A stretch of DNA of 64,000 nucleotides. It comes from the human T2T-CHM13v2.0 reference genome, Homo sapiens. This document shows positions 41,350-57,690 of the stretch, in pieces. The position numbers and the translations under genes are program-made. Location: NCBI RefSeq assembly GCF_009914755.1, contig NC_060927.1. One strand, written 5' to 3'. Within the stretch, counting starts at the first letter, position 1; each line of letters starts with the position of its first letter. Under the pieces are notes generated by a model, which did not search any database, was not told the origin of the DNA, and saw only the letters and a list, made by a program, of their open reading frames with translations.

Positions 41350-42994
41350 TTCTATGTTGTTTCTAATCCATTTGCCATAACCGTCACATGTGTTAACCTC
41401 CTCAAATTTAATGTCACTCTATAGAGTAAAAACCCTATTTGGTTCTCCAATCCATAAAATAAAGCCTTATCAAAACCTTCAGGATCTGCCATTCACAGTT
41501 GCTACTTTTCCAGCCTCTCCTCCTGATGATGATTACACATGATAAAATACTCTCCACTGTACTGTTCTTTTCTTAGATAAGTTTAACTCTATGCCTATCA
41601 AATACTGTATTGGCCCTTTTGGTTCTTTGGAAGCTAAAAGTTTTGAACTTTTCATTTATTAAACAAAAGAAGAGAAGGGTTATCTATTGCCTTTGTAAGT
41701 ATATTGGCTCAGTGGACACACAAAGCAATCCTTTAGCAGTAGAAACAAGTAATAGCATGATGGAAGGGAACCCTGCCAAGAAGGCCCAAACACCGAAAAA
41801 ATGTCTTTAAAAATATAGATTTAATTGAAGAAGTATCTGATAACACCACTCACTTTAAATACTCATCAATAGGCTGTTTTTGTTTTACAATAATGTGTCT
41901 GAAGATAGTGACAGGAAAAGAGACATCACTGTGCAAACATTAATATCTCACACAACTGCATCAAAGAGAAAAAATGGAACACTAGCTTTCATTTTCATTC
42001 AGTGATATTAACCTAAAATAACTTACTGTAGTTTTGCTTGAACTCACCAGGCAAAGTTTTAGTATGTGGTAATGACTACGAAGGAACATTCAAAGTATTA
42101 CACCTATTTGTGTTGACACACTCTGTGAGAAATGTTGTTTGAAATATGCATTGAAATAAAGCGTCTCCAACTAACTCGAGTAAACACCTTGGTATCATAA
42201 AGAGCCAAACTATGCTACTGGATTGTTAAACTCATCTAATTTGGGAGAACTGAGGGTAGAAGAGGAAACGGGGAAGAGAGAGAGAGATTATATATGGACA
42301 GATAAAATCATGAATAATAAATACAATTTTTCTCCCTTTCTCTGAAAACCTGTTGTGTTCATAGTTGTTATTTTTGAAAACATCTTACCTATGGGCAAGC
42401 TTCTACTTTATCACTGCAGCGAGGTGGAAAAATATCAGTAATAAAGACAAGCTCAATAAAAGTGTCTTGGAGTGTGTGTGTGTGTTTGTGTGTGTGCATG
42501 TGTATAGGAGGCTGGGGCATGGTGGGAGTCAAGACTAAGCCTCTGTTATTTTCAATATGATACCTATTTTTGTTTTGTTTTTATTGATTGTTCATTTGCT
42601 TTTTAAAAACCTTTGTTTGGCATTATTCATAGAGGGTCCAAGAGTGTGTCCTTACATTTGCAAATAAGGAGTCACAGGATGACTGTGTGGTTTTCCGATT
42701 CCTCCTCCTATGTCAGCTAGCAAACTGGCCATACTCAGGCTGTCCACCACTGCTGAGGCCTTGAACAGGCTCTGGAAGAAACAGTTGTCTGGAGGGATTT
42801 GTGACTAACTATAATCAAACAGCATATTTGTAAGATTAGTGAATGAATCCCACTGAATGACATCTGATGACCACCATGTCTTCAAACCATAGGAAAGACA
42901 GCTTGAAAAGACAAGCCTAAAATTAAACTTTTTATGATTATCCATATTAAATATACACATACGAAACAGCAATCATATGCATAGATCCTTTAGT

Positions 42995-43200
42995 AGTGGC
43001 CTGGTACGTGTAAAGAACACTGAATTTGGAGTCAGGCACACTTGGGTTTGAATCCCAGCCTTAGAGCTGAAACTGTAGATGTATTCTCTACTTCTGTTAA
43101 TTGTAAAACAAAAATAGTGCTGTGTGGCAATTAATTATACTAACACATATAGTAAAAAATACCTGGAACAGTGTCTGGCACACAGTAGGAACACAGCAAT
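42995..43200 (+). mobile_element. MIR fragment
   Basis: aagaacactgaatttggagtcagg...gggtttgaatcccagc...gaacagtgtctggcacacagtagg. Confidence 0.7.
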
Positions 43201-43238
43201 TAACAACAGTAGCAGTAGAACAAGAAATGACTTGATAA

Positions 43239-43524
<286 letters not shown>

Positions 43525-43842
43525 TGACTTGAACTTTTATATACAGCTTTCCTTGGAGGTCAGGCCAAGGGTGGAACTAAATCTGGACTACACTTCTAAC
43601 TTCACACACAAACTTTTTTTTACACTAAGATTGTTTAATACATACTTGCTGTATAAAGGAAAAAATGAATTAGACAAAAATAATCATACTTCTCTAGAGA
43701 TTATCAGGTTGACAGAATAAAAGTTTTCTCAACAGCTGCTCTGCCAGATGTATCAATAAATATTTTTCAAACACTTACTAGGTGCAAGATACTGTTCTTA
43801 GAGCAAAGAATGATGACTAAGAATGACGTTAACTTTATAAAC

Positions 43843-44008
43843 ACAGTGGCTTAACCTCACCAGTTGTGGCTTCAGATAGAATTACCCACAATGCCCAGGC
43901 TGCACCTCAGATCAAACAAATTAGAATCTCTGGAAATGGGATTCAGACATCAGCATTTTTCTATATTCCTGTGGTGATCCAATATGTAGGCAGATTGAGA
44001 AGGAATGG
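43843..44008. mobile_element. MER5-family hAT element
   Basis: cagtggc...agaattacc...atgcccaggctgcacctcaga...agaatctctgg...cagcattttt...ttgagaa, followed by tctag. Confidence 0.65.
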
Positions 44009-46017
44009 TCTAGGAGCTAGGTGGAGAGATAAGATGAATGTGGGTAAATAATAATAATGTGAATGATAAAGGAGCATTAGTGGAAAAATAAGTATCAGAA
44101 GAATCAGAAAGCATCTACTAGCAAGAGTATCTATACAGAGATTTCAAGAAAGAGTCAGCACTTGAGCAAAATTTCCAAAGATGCTGAATTTATACAGGTG
44201 AAACATGGACAGACATAAGGTCCACGGCAGTGGGGTGGCAATATACCATGTGAAAAAACAGGAGATACCAGTAGTGTCTTGAGTACATAAAGAATAATGA
44301 TGGACTCAGCTTTATTTCTAAACTTTCATTTCCACACAACAACCCTGCCCCTGCCACATTTAAGTTTAGTTTTACAACTATATGGACAATCCTAAGGCCC
44401 AAATTTCCAGATTTTTTCCTTTAGATCTTAAGTTCAAGGAACACAGACATTATTCAACAACTCTCAGATATTTTTATTTTATATCCTAACAAAGGATTTG
44501 ATGTGACTTACAATTTTATAGCACTTGTAAAGTAGCAATCATTTTGAGGCAGAGCAGAAATCACCTAGGAAAAACAGCATTATCGTGTCAGGAAGCTACA
44601 GTGATATTGTTTCTGATACTGAGTATTAAATATAGCCCTGAGACTCCTGGCAGTCAATGCAACAAGGGAAATGTGAAGCCTTACTGTCTTATAAAGGAAG
44701 GTATGTAGTTTATTTGAAAGGGAAATACTGTCTTATTGCTAAAGTCTGGGAGGAATGTATTACATATGGAAAGCACATTGCATAACATAATGAAAAATAC
44801 CTTTAATTTTCTTGTTCATCCACAACTTGGAGAACTTTATGATTTCACCTCACGCTGAGACTAAGGTCTCTCTAAGGTGAATTTTTAATTCACCTCTGTT
44901 TGCTAAGATTAATCAGACCAAAATGATGTGCCCATTCTATTTAGAGAAATGTATACTTGCTACAATCGCTCAACATGGGAGAAAATACCAGCACTGATCT
45001 CTCCACTTTCTAGCTTTGTTGATGTATTAGCATACACAATCTGTAAACCTTGTATTTTAATTCCTCTTTGGTGCCAAGCACAATGCTTAAAGAATCATTT
45101 GCCCACCTATATTGTTCCAAATGCATCACATTCTTAAAAGAAAACATGGTTAGTAAAAACCCTCTTGAAATTTAAGGCATTTGAAGGAGTTATATTCTTA
45201 AGGCATTAATTCATCATATTAAGGTATACAAGCAAATTCTTATAAGCTTTCACATGCCCAATTTGGCAAGAGATCATCCATATGAATAGTCCTTTGTTTT
45301 CACTCCAATGATGTGTACAGGTTTTCACAGAACTCAAATTGATTCTAGCAATTATTGAAAATTCCTCAGAAATACCTTAAATCTCATATCTTCATTTCTG
45401 AGTAGGGACAATGCCAAAATGCCAACAGCTGAGTACTTTTAGATTAAAGGCAACATCCCTTTTGACAGCCTTTCACACAGATCCCGGCAAACAGCAATTC
45501 ATATAAATCACACACACCTAGTGTCTCGCTTTATATGCCCTGATGGGGAAATCCTGTGGTTGACTAGTAGAAGACATGAACCTGGGCAATAATTTCTTGA
45601 GACTGATTCAAAGCCAGTCCTACTCAAAAACGATGCTACATGCAACAGGTCATGTTTTAAATAGAGGGTTGTACGTTGAGGTCTATTATTGCATTGCCTT
45701 GTAAGATCACATATCAACTTTTTTGACACTTTTAATTATAGCTATAGCAGCAAATTATCTCACACCTATCTAAACGTCTACATTTTTAAAGTATTGCCCT
45801 TTATTTGAGAAATCCTACTCATAAATATACTGAGTTATTTTCTAAGAATGCACCTAATGTTGAACCATGCTCTCTTGTTTCCTCTTCAGACCAACAGTTT
45901 GTCATGTACAGCAACTGGATGGGGTTCAAGATTCAGTCATTGAACATGAACAGAAAGATATGGAAACAGTTTCACATGAAAATGCAGGTCAGAATCAACT
46001 TGCTGAGTTTTCTAGAA

Positions 46018-46559
<542 letters not shown>

Positions 46560-47045
46560 CGTCTTAACAGCCCAATTCAAAATTGCATAAACCCTTTCAC
46601 AAACATCTCCAGCAAGTAACCAATCAGCTTCTTCTTGAACATCTTCAACAACACGCTGAGTGAACCAACCACATGCAAAAGGGTCCACAAACTCACGTGC
46701 AAAAAGACTGAATGATTAACTGACTCTAAATAAGTAGAAACAACTAGAAAGTTCATGAATTACCTTCTAGGTAGACTTCTGTTGCCATGATTTACTATTC
46801 ACTCTTATCACAGCTCTTTAAAAATAAAGGCAGTGGAAGTGGAGGTTGGGAGGAGGTGAGGTTAATTGCTTTGTACTTTATTTCCTAAAAAGAATATTTT
46901 ATACCTAGGAGTGAACTCTCAACTCTCTGGCACACCTGCATTACAAGGAAGAGTTTGTAGAGCTCTCTAAGGATAGGGCAGTCTAAAAATTCTCTTAATA
47001 AAGGGAAAGATGAGTTGGGAAGGGTCCGGGGATAGAAGAGTCTGA

Positions 47046-47417
<372 letters not shown>

Positions 47418-50329
47418 TGTTATTATTCTTGTCAATTCAGTTCCCTTATCCAACTTCTGTGACATCAAACCCCCTCTTCCTTTTCTCTCCAAAATACTTG
47501 ATCTTATTGAACTAATTAAGGAAATTTACACTAAAGTATAACTGATTGGCACTTTCAGAAAACATTTGAATCCAAAAGAAATACTTGTTAATGTAAATGA
47601 ATCTCTAATTTTTGAATGAATCTCTAATCATATAGTTTATCATCCCTTACTTTCCCTACCCAAGTCAATTAGTGTCCCAGGAAATAAAATCCATGGTATT
47701 TGCTATCATTTCATCAATTGCAGTTAAATGCTGTACCTTTCCCAAACCTTAAAAGTTACTGTGCCTTCCAGAATTCCAGTGTCCATGAACACCTGAAAAT
47801 CTTTGAAATGCTTCTATTAAAAATATTGCGCCAGAGAAACTACAAATTCCTGTAAATCATCAGCATTGTTTGTGGGGCGGGGGGAAGTTAAATAGCAACT
47901 TTCCCTGTGAAGTTTCTAACTATTCTTCATTCGGTGTAGATCTTAACCAAAGGTTAGTTTTTTAGCTGCAAGATGCATATACTCAAAATAAAGACACAAT
48001 CACAAAAGGAAGTAATACCAGCATTTCTAAGATCTAAACAACATTGCAGGGATTATTCTAATTGTACTATTGGCCAAAAAGACTGCAGTGATTATTCTAG
48101 TGCTCTACGTGAATTTTATTGGCTGAACCACATAATTTTTGTAGTCAAAGATATTTGGAAATTGTAACTGTGACAAAGGTTTTTTTTGATAAATATGGTA
48201 TATATACTGTCTCATCTGATAGCTGTTCCAGGTATTTATAGGAAACTCCTTTCTTCAAATGATTTGGTGAGGCATAGTCATTGATGTGTCCTAAGACTAA
48301 TATAAAGCAGGCAAAATGGAGTAAAAGTTAAGTCATACACCCAATATTAAATCTGGAGTTGATCGCTTTTATGCCTAGGATTTCATTCAGCCCTTTTGGT
48401 TAATAATAATAATTAATGGCATGCCTCAAAAGATTAGAAAACCAGCTCCTCTGCATTTTATATAAACCAAGCCTTACAAGAGCACAAAGTATGAACAGGT
48501 AATTTTTGTCATGAAAACTGTCATATTTTTCTTTTATACACAAGTGAAATTATCACGTCTCACGTTGAGTTGATTAGAACCATCAATCTCTGATCAGCTG
48601 GTACTTTAAGAGCAGATTCTGGAGGACTTGTCCATTCAACAAGTTTATATGCATGGTATAATTTCTAACTTTATTTTTCCCCTGAACCCTGGGGCAAAAT
48701 GTCACCTTCTGCTACCAAGCTAATTCAAAAATAAGAGGCAAGTAGTTGTCCCTATGGTGACAGAGTCTCATTTTACCCCCCAGTCCATCTCCAACCTGTT
48801 ACTAAATTACTAAGCACTGGAGCGATGCATCAAAGAGCACAGGGAGATGCTGTTAAGGTAATGAAACCAAACACCATCCACTTAAAACATGTTGTGTCAG
48901 CTTGGAAATAAGGGTGGAATAAACCCTTTACTTTCTATCCCATCCTTCTAGCTGACCACCTAACAACTGTTCCATTTTCTAAGTTATAGAACCAGGTCCT
49001 CACTCTGCACAAAAAAATTACCTCCCAGAGGTGGAACTGACTTTCTAAAGCTCTTGCAGTTTGGGCATCAAAAATATTTTTTAATATGCTCAAAAACGTG
49101 TATTTTGACTTTTTCACATCTTCATTATACTATATTAAAAATCAGCAGTTAGACATACCTTCTTTGGAAGCAATTTTAAGGGTCTATTAGCTATAAAAAG
49201 CAATTACATTTCTTTGGAGCATCTAAGAATCCAGGAGGCCAAGAACAAGATTTTTCCCTCAGTCATGGTTTTCAAAGGGTCGGCCAAGAGAATTGGGACG
49301 GGCTGCATTCCTTACTAATAGTGCACCACAACATGCTTTCATATCCTGCCGAGAAGAATCTTTTACTTTGAAATTTAAAGTCTCATCTGACAGGACCCAT
49401 GCCTGCAGGAGCCTCAATTTATCTGCTCCAGAGGAAAAGCGGCAAAATCCAATCTGAGAATCCAAACCTTTGTTTCCATGGTGAGGTTTCCAAAAAGCTA
49501 CTGAACATTCAATTCTGCCCACTATAGTTATGGGGTGTGGGTATATTTAAGAATCTACCTTAAGGTAACACAAAGGCACACAAAACATCAGTCATTTCTG
49601 CAACTAGAAGCGAGGTCATTGTGGGATGACATTATATTTACCTTGAAAGCTATTGGGATTGTGTGCACCTGTTCACTTTTCTGAAAAATGAAGGGGTTGA
49701 ACTAGATGATCTCTAGGGTCCATTTTAGGTTTATACTTTAACTAAGAGGTTAGCTAATACTAACCTTGATCAAGTCACTCAGCTTCACCAATGTGTAAGT
49801 TTCCTTCTAGTTCTAAAGCCAGTCCACAAATCCCTATATTATTTTAGGGGGTATATTTCTTTCCTTTAACATAAACAGATAATTTTAGAAATAAGATTAG
49901 TGTTCTCCTTACTATCTAAGATTGAGTGGGGAGGTGAAGGGTAAAGAGCCACTTTTTGTTCCAGTAGTCACCTTTATGGGGAAGTAAGAAGGGCAAATAA
50001 ATAACCAGAATTCAGATCAAGGAAAATGGGCTTAAAAAGGTAAAATTATGGTAATAAAATAATAACAATTGTGAAAAGCAATATTTTCCTTTGAAACTAA
50101 TGTCATAGGTCTTTGCCTACTTGCCTTTTTAATGTCAAAACTCTCTTCCCAAGCAGCCTTAAGTTTTTCAATGAATATACAACTAGCTTTTTCAAGATTC
50201 AATCCTTGAAACTACTCCTCCACCAAGTTTAGGTAGACTTAGGCCCAGTATGAGGTTTCTCTAGAGACTAGGAGATATATTAATTAACCTGAGGCCCATG
50301 CAACAAAATAAAATTCCTGAGGGCAAGGC

Positions 50330-50660
50330 AGTGTGATGTAACAAAAAGGATGTGGGATTTGGGTTTAGAGGGTCCAAGCAAAGCAAAGCAAACTTTGTAT
50401 TCCTCACTCTGTCCTTTTCTAGCCGTGAAGTTGGACAGTGCTTTTAATATCTCTGGGCTTTGGTTTCATCATCTGTAAAATGACGGACAATTACCCTCCT
50501 GAAATTGTTGTTATAAGGATTAAATGACATAATGGGGTAAGTGGTACAACTTCAATAAATACTTGAAATACCTGTTGAATTTATTCGATTTCAACTCAAT
50601 AAATGTTTACTAATGGCCTGCTACATGCCTGGTACTGCATAAGGTGCTATAGATTAAATG
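50330..50660. mobile_element. MIR (+) followed by an L2 3' end (-)
   Basis: ggcagtgtgatgta...tttcatcatctgtaaaatg...ggattaaatga, then tcaataaatgtttactaatggcctgctacatgcctggtactg. Confidence 0.6.
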
Positions 50661-51183
50661 ATGGGAAAAAAAAAAAAACACCCCTATGCCACTGTTACTC
50701 TCTGAATAGAAACAATCCAATATGGCCATTGGCATCTGAAGAAGTGACTTGTCAGATTAGACATCAGATGCTATACTGCTCACTTGTTCCATAGCGTAAT
50801 CCTTAAGAGGAAACGGTTGTTTAAACTGCTCAATCACACCATTCTTCAGAGGCTCAAGAAATTCTCCTCTGCTCAAGAAATACTGATTGATCAACTGCTA
50901 TATGTAGAACGCAAAAGTCTTAGCTATAGTTTTTGCTGTTAGGATACATATACTTCTATAGGGAAAGAAGACATTAACCTATGGCAAGAGTCAAGAAAAA
51001 GACATAACTAATCATATTTAGGAAATGCTCACTATGTCTTCAGAATTTTGATAGGGCTGTAGAAGATAAAGTAGGAAATACATATGGCTTCCATCCTCAA
51101 GGTATTTACATTCTATTGGAGAGAAGGGAACTAAGGTACATAATTTGCTTCTACAAAATAGTGCATGATTATATGTTGGATGA

Positions 51184-51565
<382 letters not shown>

Positions 51566-53369
51566 CGGTTTTGCTGAACTTTTAAGAATGGGTAGAATTT
51601 TAAATAGATGACTATGACAGGAGAAAAGTAAAGGTTAGGGGAACCTATATCGAAAAGTCTTCATGTTAAAAGAAAAATGAGCACAGCATATTCAGAGGTT
51701 AAGGAGCAATATAAGATCAGGGTGGAAAGACAGGGCACCTTCCAATGGTAGAAGAATCTACAGTTCTACAATTTAGTGTTTTAAGTTCTACAGTTTAATG
51801 TATTCTACAATTGTTTTCCCTTGGTCCTGTGGCAGATAGCCGAGAAACCCACTGTTACTTCTTGTTCCTGTCAGTTGAATACTTAGACCATGAATGATGA
51901 GTTCCACCAAAATGTACCAATTTTTTTTGTTACCGAAAATATGGCCAAAGTTTGAACCACTCAGCCCATTAAAGAAGCTCTATTATAGGGCCTAATTACC
52001 ATTTGACAGTGAATAAAGTGGGGATACATTCAGACAAGGCCCAGAATGGAAATTGGAAAGAGGGCAAGGGATCTGGTTCTCAAAAGTGAGTGTGTTTTTA
52101 CATTACTGCTTCCTATTTCAAAATGCAAAATAGTGGGGAAGTGTTGGAGCCAGATGTAAGGAAAGAGATCAAGAGTTGAGAATACGGGCACTGTTTCTGG
52201 ACACTCCAACTTACTGCAGCTAATATTTTACTCCTTTAAAAGCGATGTCTATATACATTATCTTTTCCCCAATACATGCCTTTGCAAGTGACTTCTAAGT
52301 ACATATTAATTGATGATACATACAACCTTTTCAAAAAAGGAATCAATAATACATGTATGGATGGCTGAATGCACTTTGAATTACAAATGTACGCATATAT
52401 TTACTGATCATTATTGAGCCTCGGTGAGAACCATAAGGTTTTTCTAGGGTGGTGGCAAAGGCTCAAGGCTCTTAAACTAACTATTCCACTTCAATCATCT
52501 GGAAGTACCAGAGATATAGAAATATAGAGAGAATATATAGAAAAATAGAAAAACCGAATAAAAATAATACAACTCTTTCCCTTCTAATTCAGTGTCTAAT
52601 TTAAGCATTTGAACATAATTTAAAGTAATCCTTATCTAATATGATGTTGTTTTGGCTCAATTTAACTTAAGAAATCAATTTGAATAAATCTGTCTATCCT
52701 GGAACCCTTATGCTAAATATTGCTGAAAAGGTATGTATAACAGAAATCCTTGAGTTTCTCTGTTTGTAAGATGATGAAAATTTATCATAATTTGAAAACT
52801 TCTCTAGGTCTTTTTCTACAACCCATCTACCTAACAGTATCAGGAAACAGGACCAAAGGAAAGATAATTTTAGCTAGTTAATGTACTAGTAGTAGGTTTC
52901 TCCCTGCAAGCAAAACCTGGAACTTAGCTTTAGATGGCAGATAATCTCCCCCCTCCCCTGACTGCCAACTTGTTTGTTGTTTCTAAACAAGCCCTTCAGT
53001 TGATATTTATTTTTAATTTAATCTACAGGTCCTTTGTCTATAATTACAATTTATTTGAGCCAGTCTTTTGTGACTGTAAGTTTAAAGGTAAAAACATTTT
53101 AACCAGGTGCATTTTACCATTTTGTTATTCCTATTGTCAAGAGTAAGAAGGAAGGAGGAAGGAAGAGCACATAAGGCAAACATGTCATGTTGAATACCTA
53201 GATCAGAGAGCAGAGCATATGCCCCAGAGTCAGGCTATCGAGTGCAAATCCACAGGGTACTATGAGACTTAATAATGGGTTTAAAATTATATCACTGGAA
53301 TTCAAAATTATAATACATCTCTTTTCGATGAAAAAGTTCTGCTACATTGGCAGTGGCTAGTAGTATTGA

Positions 53370-53930
53370 AGACCTGCTCACCTTTGACTCAGCAATTCTA
53401 GTCCTTGGTATATAGCTAGAAAAGCTTTCATATTTACACACAAAGAGACATGTAAAAGATTTTAAAGTAATATAAACAACGCTGACAAACAACATATATA
53501 CTCATTGTTAACAGGGGAATGGATATAGCATGTCATGGTCATACAACTGATAAAGTAAAGGGAATTAACTAGAGCTCTGTGAACCAACATAGAAAAAAGC
53601 TCACAGACACAATTTGGAGCAAAATAAATAACACTTGTACCAGTAGATATGTGGCATATTACTGTGTATTGAAACTTTTAAATTGTGCAAAACAACATTA
53701 TCTAGTGATTGTTGATACAAACATATGTAGTAAAAGCATAAAAGCAGTGTAGCATAGTGAATGCAATAGTGGAGGGGTAGCCAGTGGACTTCACCTATAT
53801 CTGTAAAGGTGTATTTCTTAAATAATTTCAAGCAAGTATGCAACATGTTTAGAAAACCAAGCAGGGATACTTAGGTATTAATAAAGTGCTGTACTTTTCT
53901 GTAAGGTTGTAGTATTTCATTTAAAAAAAT
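53370..53930 (+). mobile_element. Old L1ME 3' end fragment
   Basis: ctttgactcagcaattctagtccttggtatatagctagaaa...aaaagtttt-like terminal region. Confidence 0.65.
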
Positions 53931-55787
53931 TGAACAAGAATGGAAGCCTACTGGGCTCGATGAATTTTTTTTAGGTTTTTAAAAATGTTATGTACCACAT
54001 TTCTTTCTTGCTTTTTCTCTTCTATTTAAGTTTTTTACTTCTCCACAAGCATATGCTAGAGCTTTAGAAAAAAGATTTAATAATAATTCTTCAAAGAAAT
54101 TAAATAGGGAATCACAAACAGAAGAATCTTCTACAGTTCTAACCAGATTATTTTCAATTGGGCTGAATTTTTGAAATGATAGGTCACTTATCACACATAT
54201 TAAAGTCAGAGAATTTGAAGACTCCCCAAAATATCAGAGCCCAGAAGTCTCTGAGGATGGTCCAAGCATTTGAGAATGGGTGTCTATTTTCCCCTCAATC
54301 ATTTCTAGGGGCTTTCACTTCTTGAGTTTAACGAAACTTCTTCCAATATTGCACCCCCCACCAGCTTCATTCTGGAACAACATATTCGCTTTGGGCACAT
54401 GTGTACTGTTCATTTTTATCTGCATCCACTTTTGAGAGCTTTTAATAGTTGCCTTTCAGGCTACACAGTAAGGTTTGCCATTATCGTGGAAATATGAATG
54501 AACGCTTACTTCCTTTCACCTGTAGGGTAAACTGAATCTAAGTAAATCAACTTATAAATGCTTGGTCTGGCCCCACGAAGTTTCCATTTGCAGATGAGGG
54601 TTTTCAACTTAATCAATCTATACTTTGAAAATAATCAAAAAAGAAAGAAGACATCAGTGTAGAGCTTCCTCTTATTAAATATATATTTTCCATGGTTACA
54701 TTTCTCTATTTTCTTATTTTTATTTCTGAGGAGCTCAGTGTCATGTAATCTTTAATAGAATGGAAAATTCTCCAACCAGCAATAATCCAGGAAGACATCA
54801 AAAACACCCAGACAGAATAAGGCTAATATTTCTTCACCAGGTGTCTAGCCTCTTAATCTAGTGATAATATCACATTCCAAAGGAAAAGGCACTGAGACCC
54901 TCCCAACTACTGCTCTAAGCACTTACTTCTGCACCTGGGATTACCAGCTTGTTGAGCAGCAAACATTCTCACCTGCACCTGAGGTGGGGGCTGATCTCCA
55001 GTTGCTGAGAACAGCAGCATTTGAGGAGTAAATGAGAGCCCAGGAAAGATTTTTCTTTAGAAACCAAAACTCAGCAGCAAACTTGCTGGTTTCAGGTGCA
55101 GGTGTCAAATTATCTGGGGATTCATTTATGCTTCCTGAGATTGTGGCCTTTCTTTGGAATTTAGAATTTAAAAGGTGGTCTTTTCTGAAAGGGTATATTT
55201 TTAGGAGGCTGCATTTTATAGGTGTGTTTCAGATTTGGTTAAAAGGATGGCACAGCACACCCTCCTTGTCAGAGGGTTAAGCCAGAGACTCCTCTGTGGG
55301 TGATGTCACATCAGACCCTGAGTAGGGCCAACGGTCTGATCTGACAGAATGCTTGGTGAAGAGAAGTACAGGGAAACAAAGCAAAGGACATTTTAGTTCC
55401 CATGCATTGTCCTGTTGCCGTGAACTCTCCTTAGACAGCACAATTTCCCTCTGAAAAATAAAGCGTAGCTATCAGAATACCCTTTGTAGGATTGCTGAGT
55501 GATCACTCCGAGGCTGTCTTATGGAGGAGAGGACACAGAAGTGGAGTAAAAACACATGGGTTCTAACACAACTTAGCCACTAAATCGCTGTCTACAGCAT
55601 CCTTATCTGTACCATTAGAAGAGGAAGGGCCTCAGTCAAGAAATCTGAATTCCAGCTACAACATTTCGGAATCACTTGGAAAGTTAAAAAGTAACAACAA
55701 TGCCCCGGCTGGCCTCTCCCTAGAATAATAGAATTACCCTCTCTGGGAGGTGGGCCTTGCATTAGGATTGGTTAAAATTCCCAAGAT

Positions 55788-56095
<308 letters not shown>

Positions 56096-56164
56096 AAAAG
56101 TTGCCAAGATTATTTTAATATAGAGTCAGATTGAGAATTAGGGTAGCGTTTTCATACTTTAATG

Positions 56165-56295
56165 TTTAAGCAAATCACCTGGGAGCTTACTAAATGCAGA
56201 TTCTGATCCAGTATGTAAGGGATGAGGCATTTTTAAAAAGCTCTCAAGTGATGTAATGCTGCTGGTGCACAGATCATACTTGGAGTAGCAAGACG
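56165..56295. mobile_element. MER5-family fragment
   Basis: aatcacctgggagcttactaaatgcagattctgat...aagctctcaagtgatg...tgctgctggt...atactttggagtagca. Confidence 0.65.
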
Positions 56296-56759
56296 CTGGA
56301 TGATTTCTAAGCACCCTTCCAGCATGGTGATTCGATGAGTCTACTTTAGCTTTTGCTTTCAACAGAATGGCCCCACCACAGGCTGTTGTTGGATAATTGA
56401 GAAACCTAAGTCTCCCCTGCTTCCTCTGCCTCAGCACTGCCGCACGCACCCTTCCCACTCAAGATCGCCTAGATCAGAGAAATGCTTTTTCTATTGCAAT
56501 GCGCTGTGCTAGGCTTCGTGAAATAATGTCGTGTTCTTTAGAATTTAGGAGATACTTTAGAATCTATGTTGCTTAGTGTGACACCATGGATATTAATTAC
56601 CATTGAGTGGTATGATAGATATAAAAATTACAGGAGATTTGTGGGGGATTCATACAAATAAGGTGGCGCTCACAATGTGCAGAGCTGAGGCTATGAGGGG
56701 ATACGTACCGGAACATCTCACCCAGGAAAGTGGATGCACATGGGTGTATAGGAGTAGGA

Positions 56760-57190
56760 TGCAGGCTGGAGATTGGAGTGGCTTAGGGAAAGCTTCCCAG
56801 GAAAATTACTTTCAAGCTAAGATCTAAAGATGAGTAAAATTTGGGGGTTGGGAGGGGTGTCCAGGTAGAACAAATTGTGGTGTAAATGCCTATATGTGAA
56901 GGACACACTGAGGAAATTGGAAGTAGCTCCATTTGGCTGGAACATTAAAAAAAAAACATGAAAATTGCAGCTAAGGGGTAAGCTGTGGCTAGACAGGACT
57001 TGGTAAACCAAAAGAAGGAGCTGAGTCATTATTCTAAAGGAAGAGGAAGGCATCGAACGGTTTTAAGCAAAAGAGCAACATGATACGCATTTTCAGAAGT
57101 GATTTACCGTGTGCTGTGTGGGCAATGGATCATGGAGGCAGGCATATGCGTTAGAGGATGTCTCAGTATGCTAATAATAGTGGAGAGTGA
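56760..57190 (-). mobile_element. L2 fragment
   Basis: agggaaagcttcccagg...aagctaagatctaaagatgagt...ggtttttaagca...acatgat, typical antisense L2 body. Confidence 0.55.
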
Positions 57191-57199
57191 ATCAGGCCA

Positions 57200-57690
57200 G
57201 CTGTTTCATGTCCAAGAAATTCTGCAGATACTTACATGCACAAAGATGTTTGGGCACTAATGCTTATAATAACAGAAATTTGGAAACATAGAAAATGTCT
57301 ATTAACTTGGCACCAGTTGTATAGTTTCTGCTATATCCATATTATGAAATACCATGTGGCCATTAACAAGAATATAGTAGATCTATATGTACTAACATGT
57401 AAAAATTTCCAAGACATTTTATAAAGAGAAAAAAACAAGTCACAAGACAATTTATATAGTATGGATCCCATTATATAAAAACAAAAATAATATATTCTCT
57501 ATATTTGTATTGTATATGTGCATGTAAATAAGTAGAAAAAAGGACTGAAAGGATACATCTCAAACTGAGGACAATGGCTTTCCTTAAGAAGAGGAATGGA
57601 AGATAAAGAGAAACTTTCACTCTATGCTTCTGTTTCTACTTAAGATATTTACAAAAAGTAGTTATGTATTACTTGTGTAATAGAAAAAAT
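57200..57690 (+). mobile_element. L1ME4-like 3' end
   Basis: gcttataataacagaaatttggaaaca...gatctatatgtactaacatg...tatagtatggatccca...gaaaggatacat. Confidence 0.7.

Noticed and set aside
44270-44800. Possible ancient repeat remnants (weak TIR pair; aaaggatttgatgtgacttac motif)
   Set aside because: Too decayed to assign a family by eye.
46697-46725. Further isolated splice-like signals (29-nt minus-strand unit here; minus donor at ~39245; plus acceptor at 35022; plus donor at 61904)
   Set aside because: They occur on both strands with no consistent chain or reading frame, and are indistinguishable from pseudo-exon background.
53988-54194. 68-aa non-repeat ORF (MISDLSFQKF...), and 45805-46158
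   Set aside because: No recognisable domain, non-ATG starts and no supporting exon structure.
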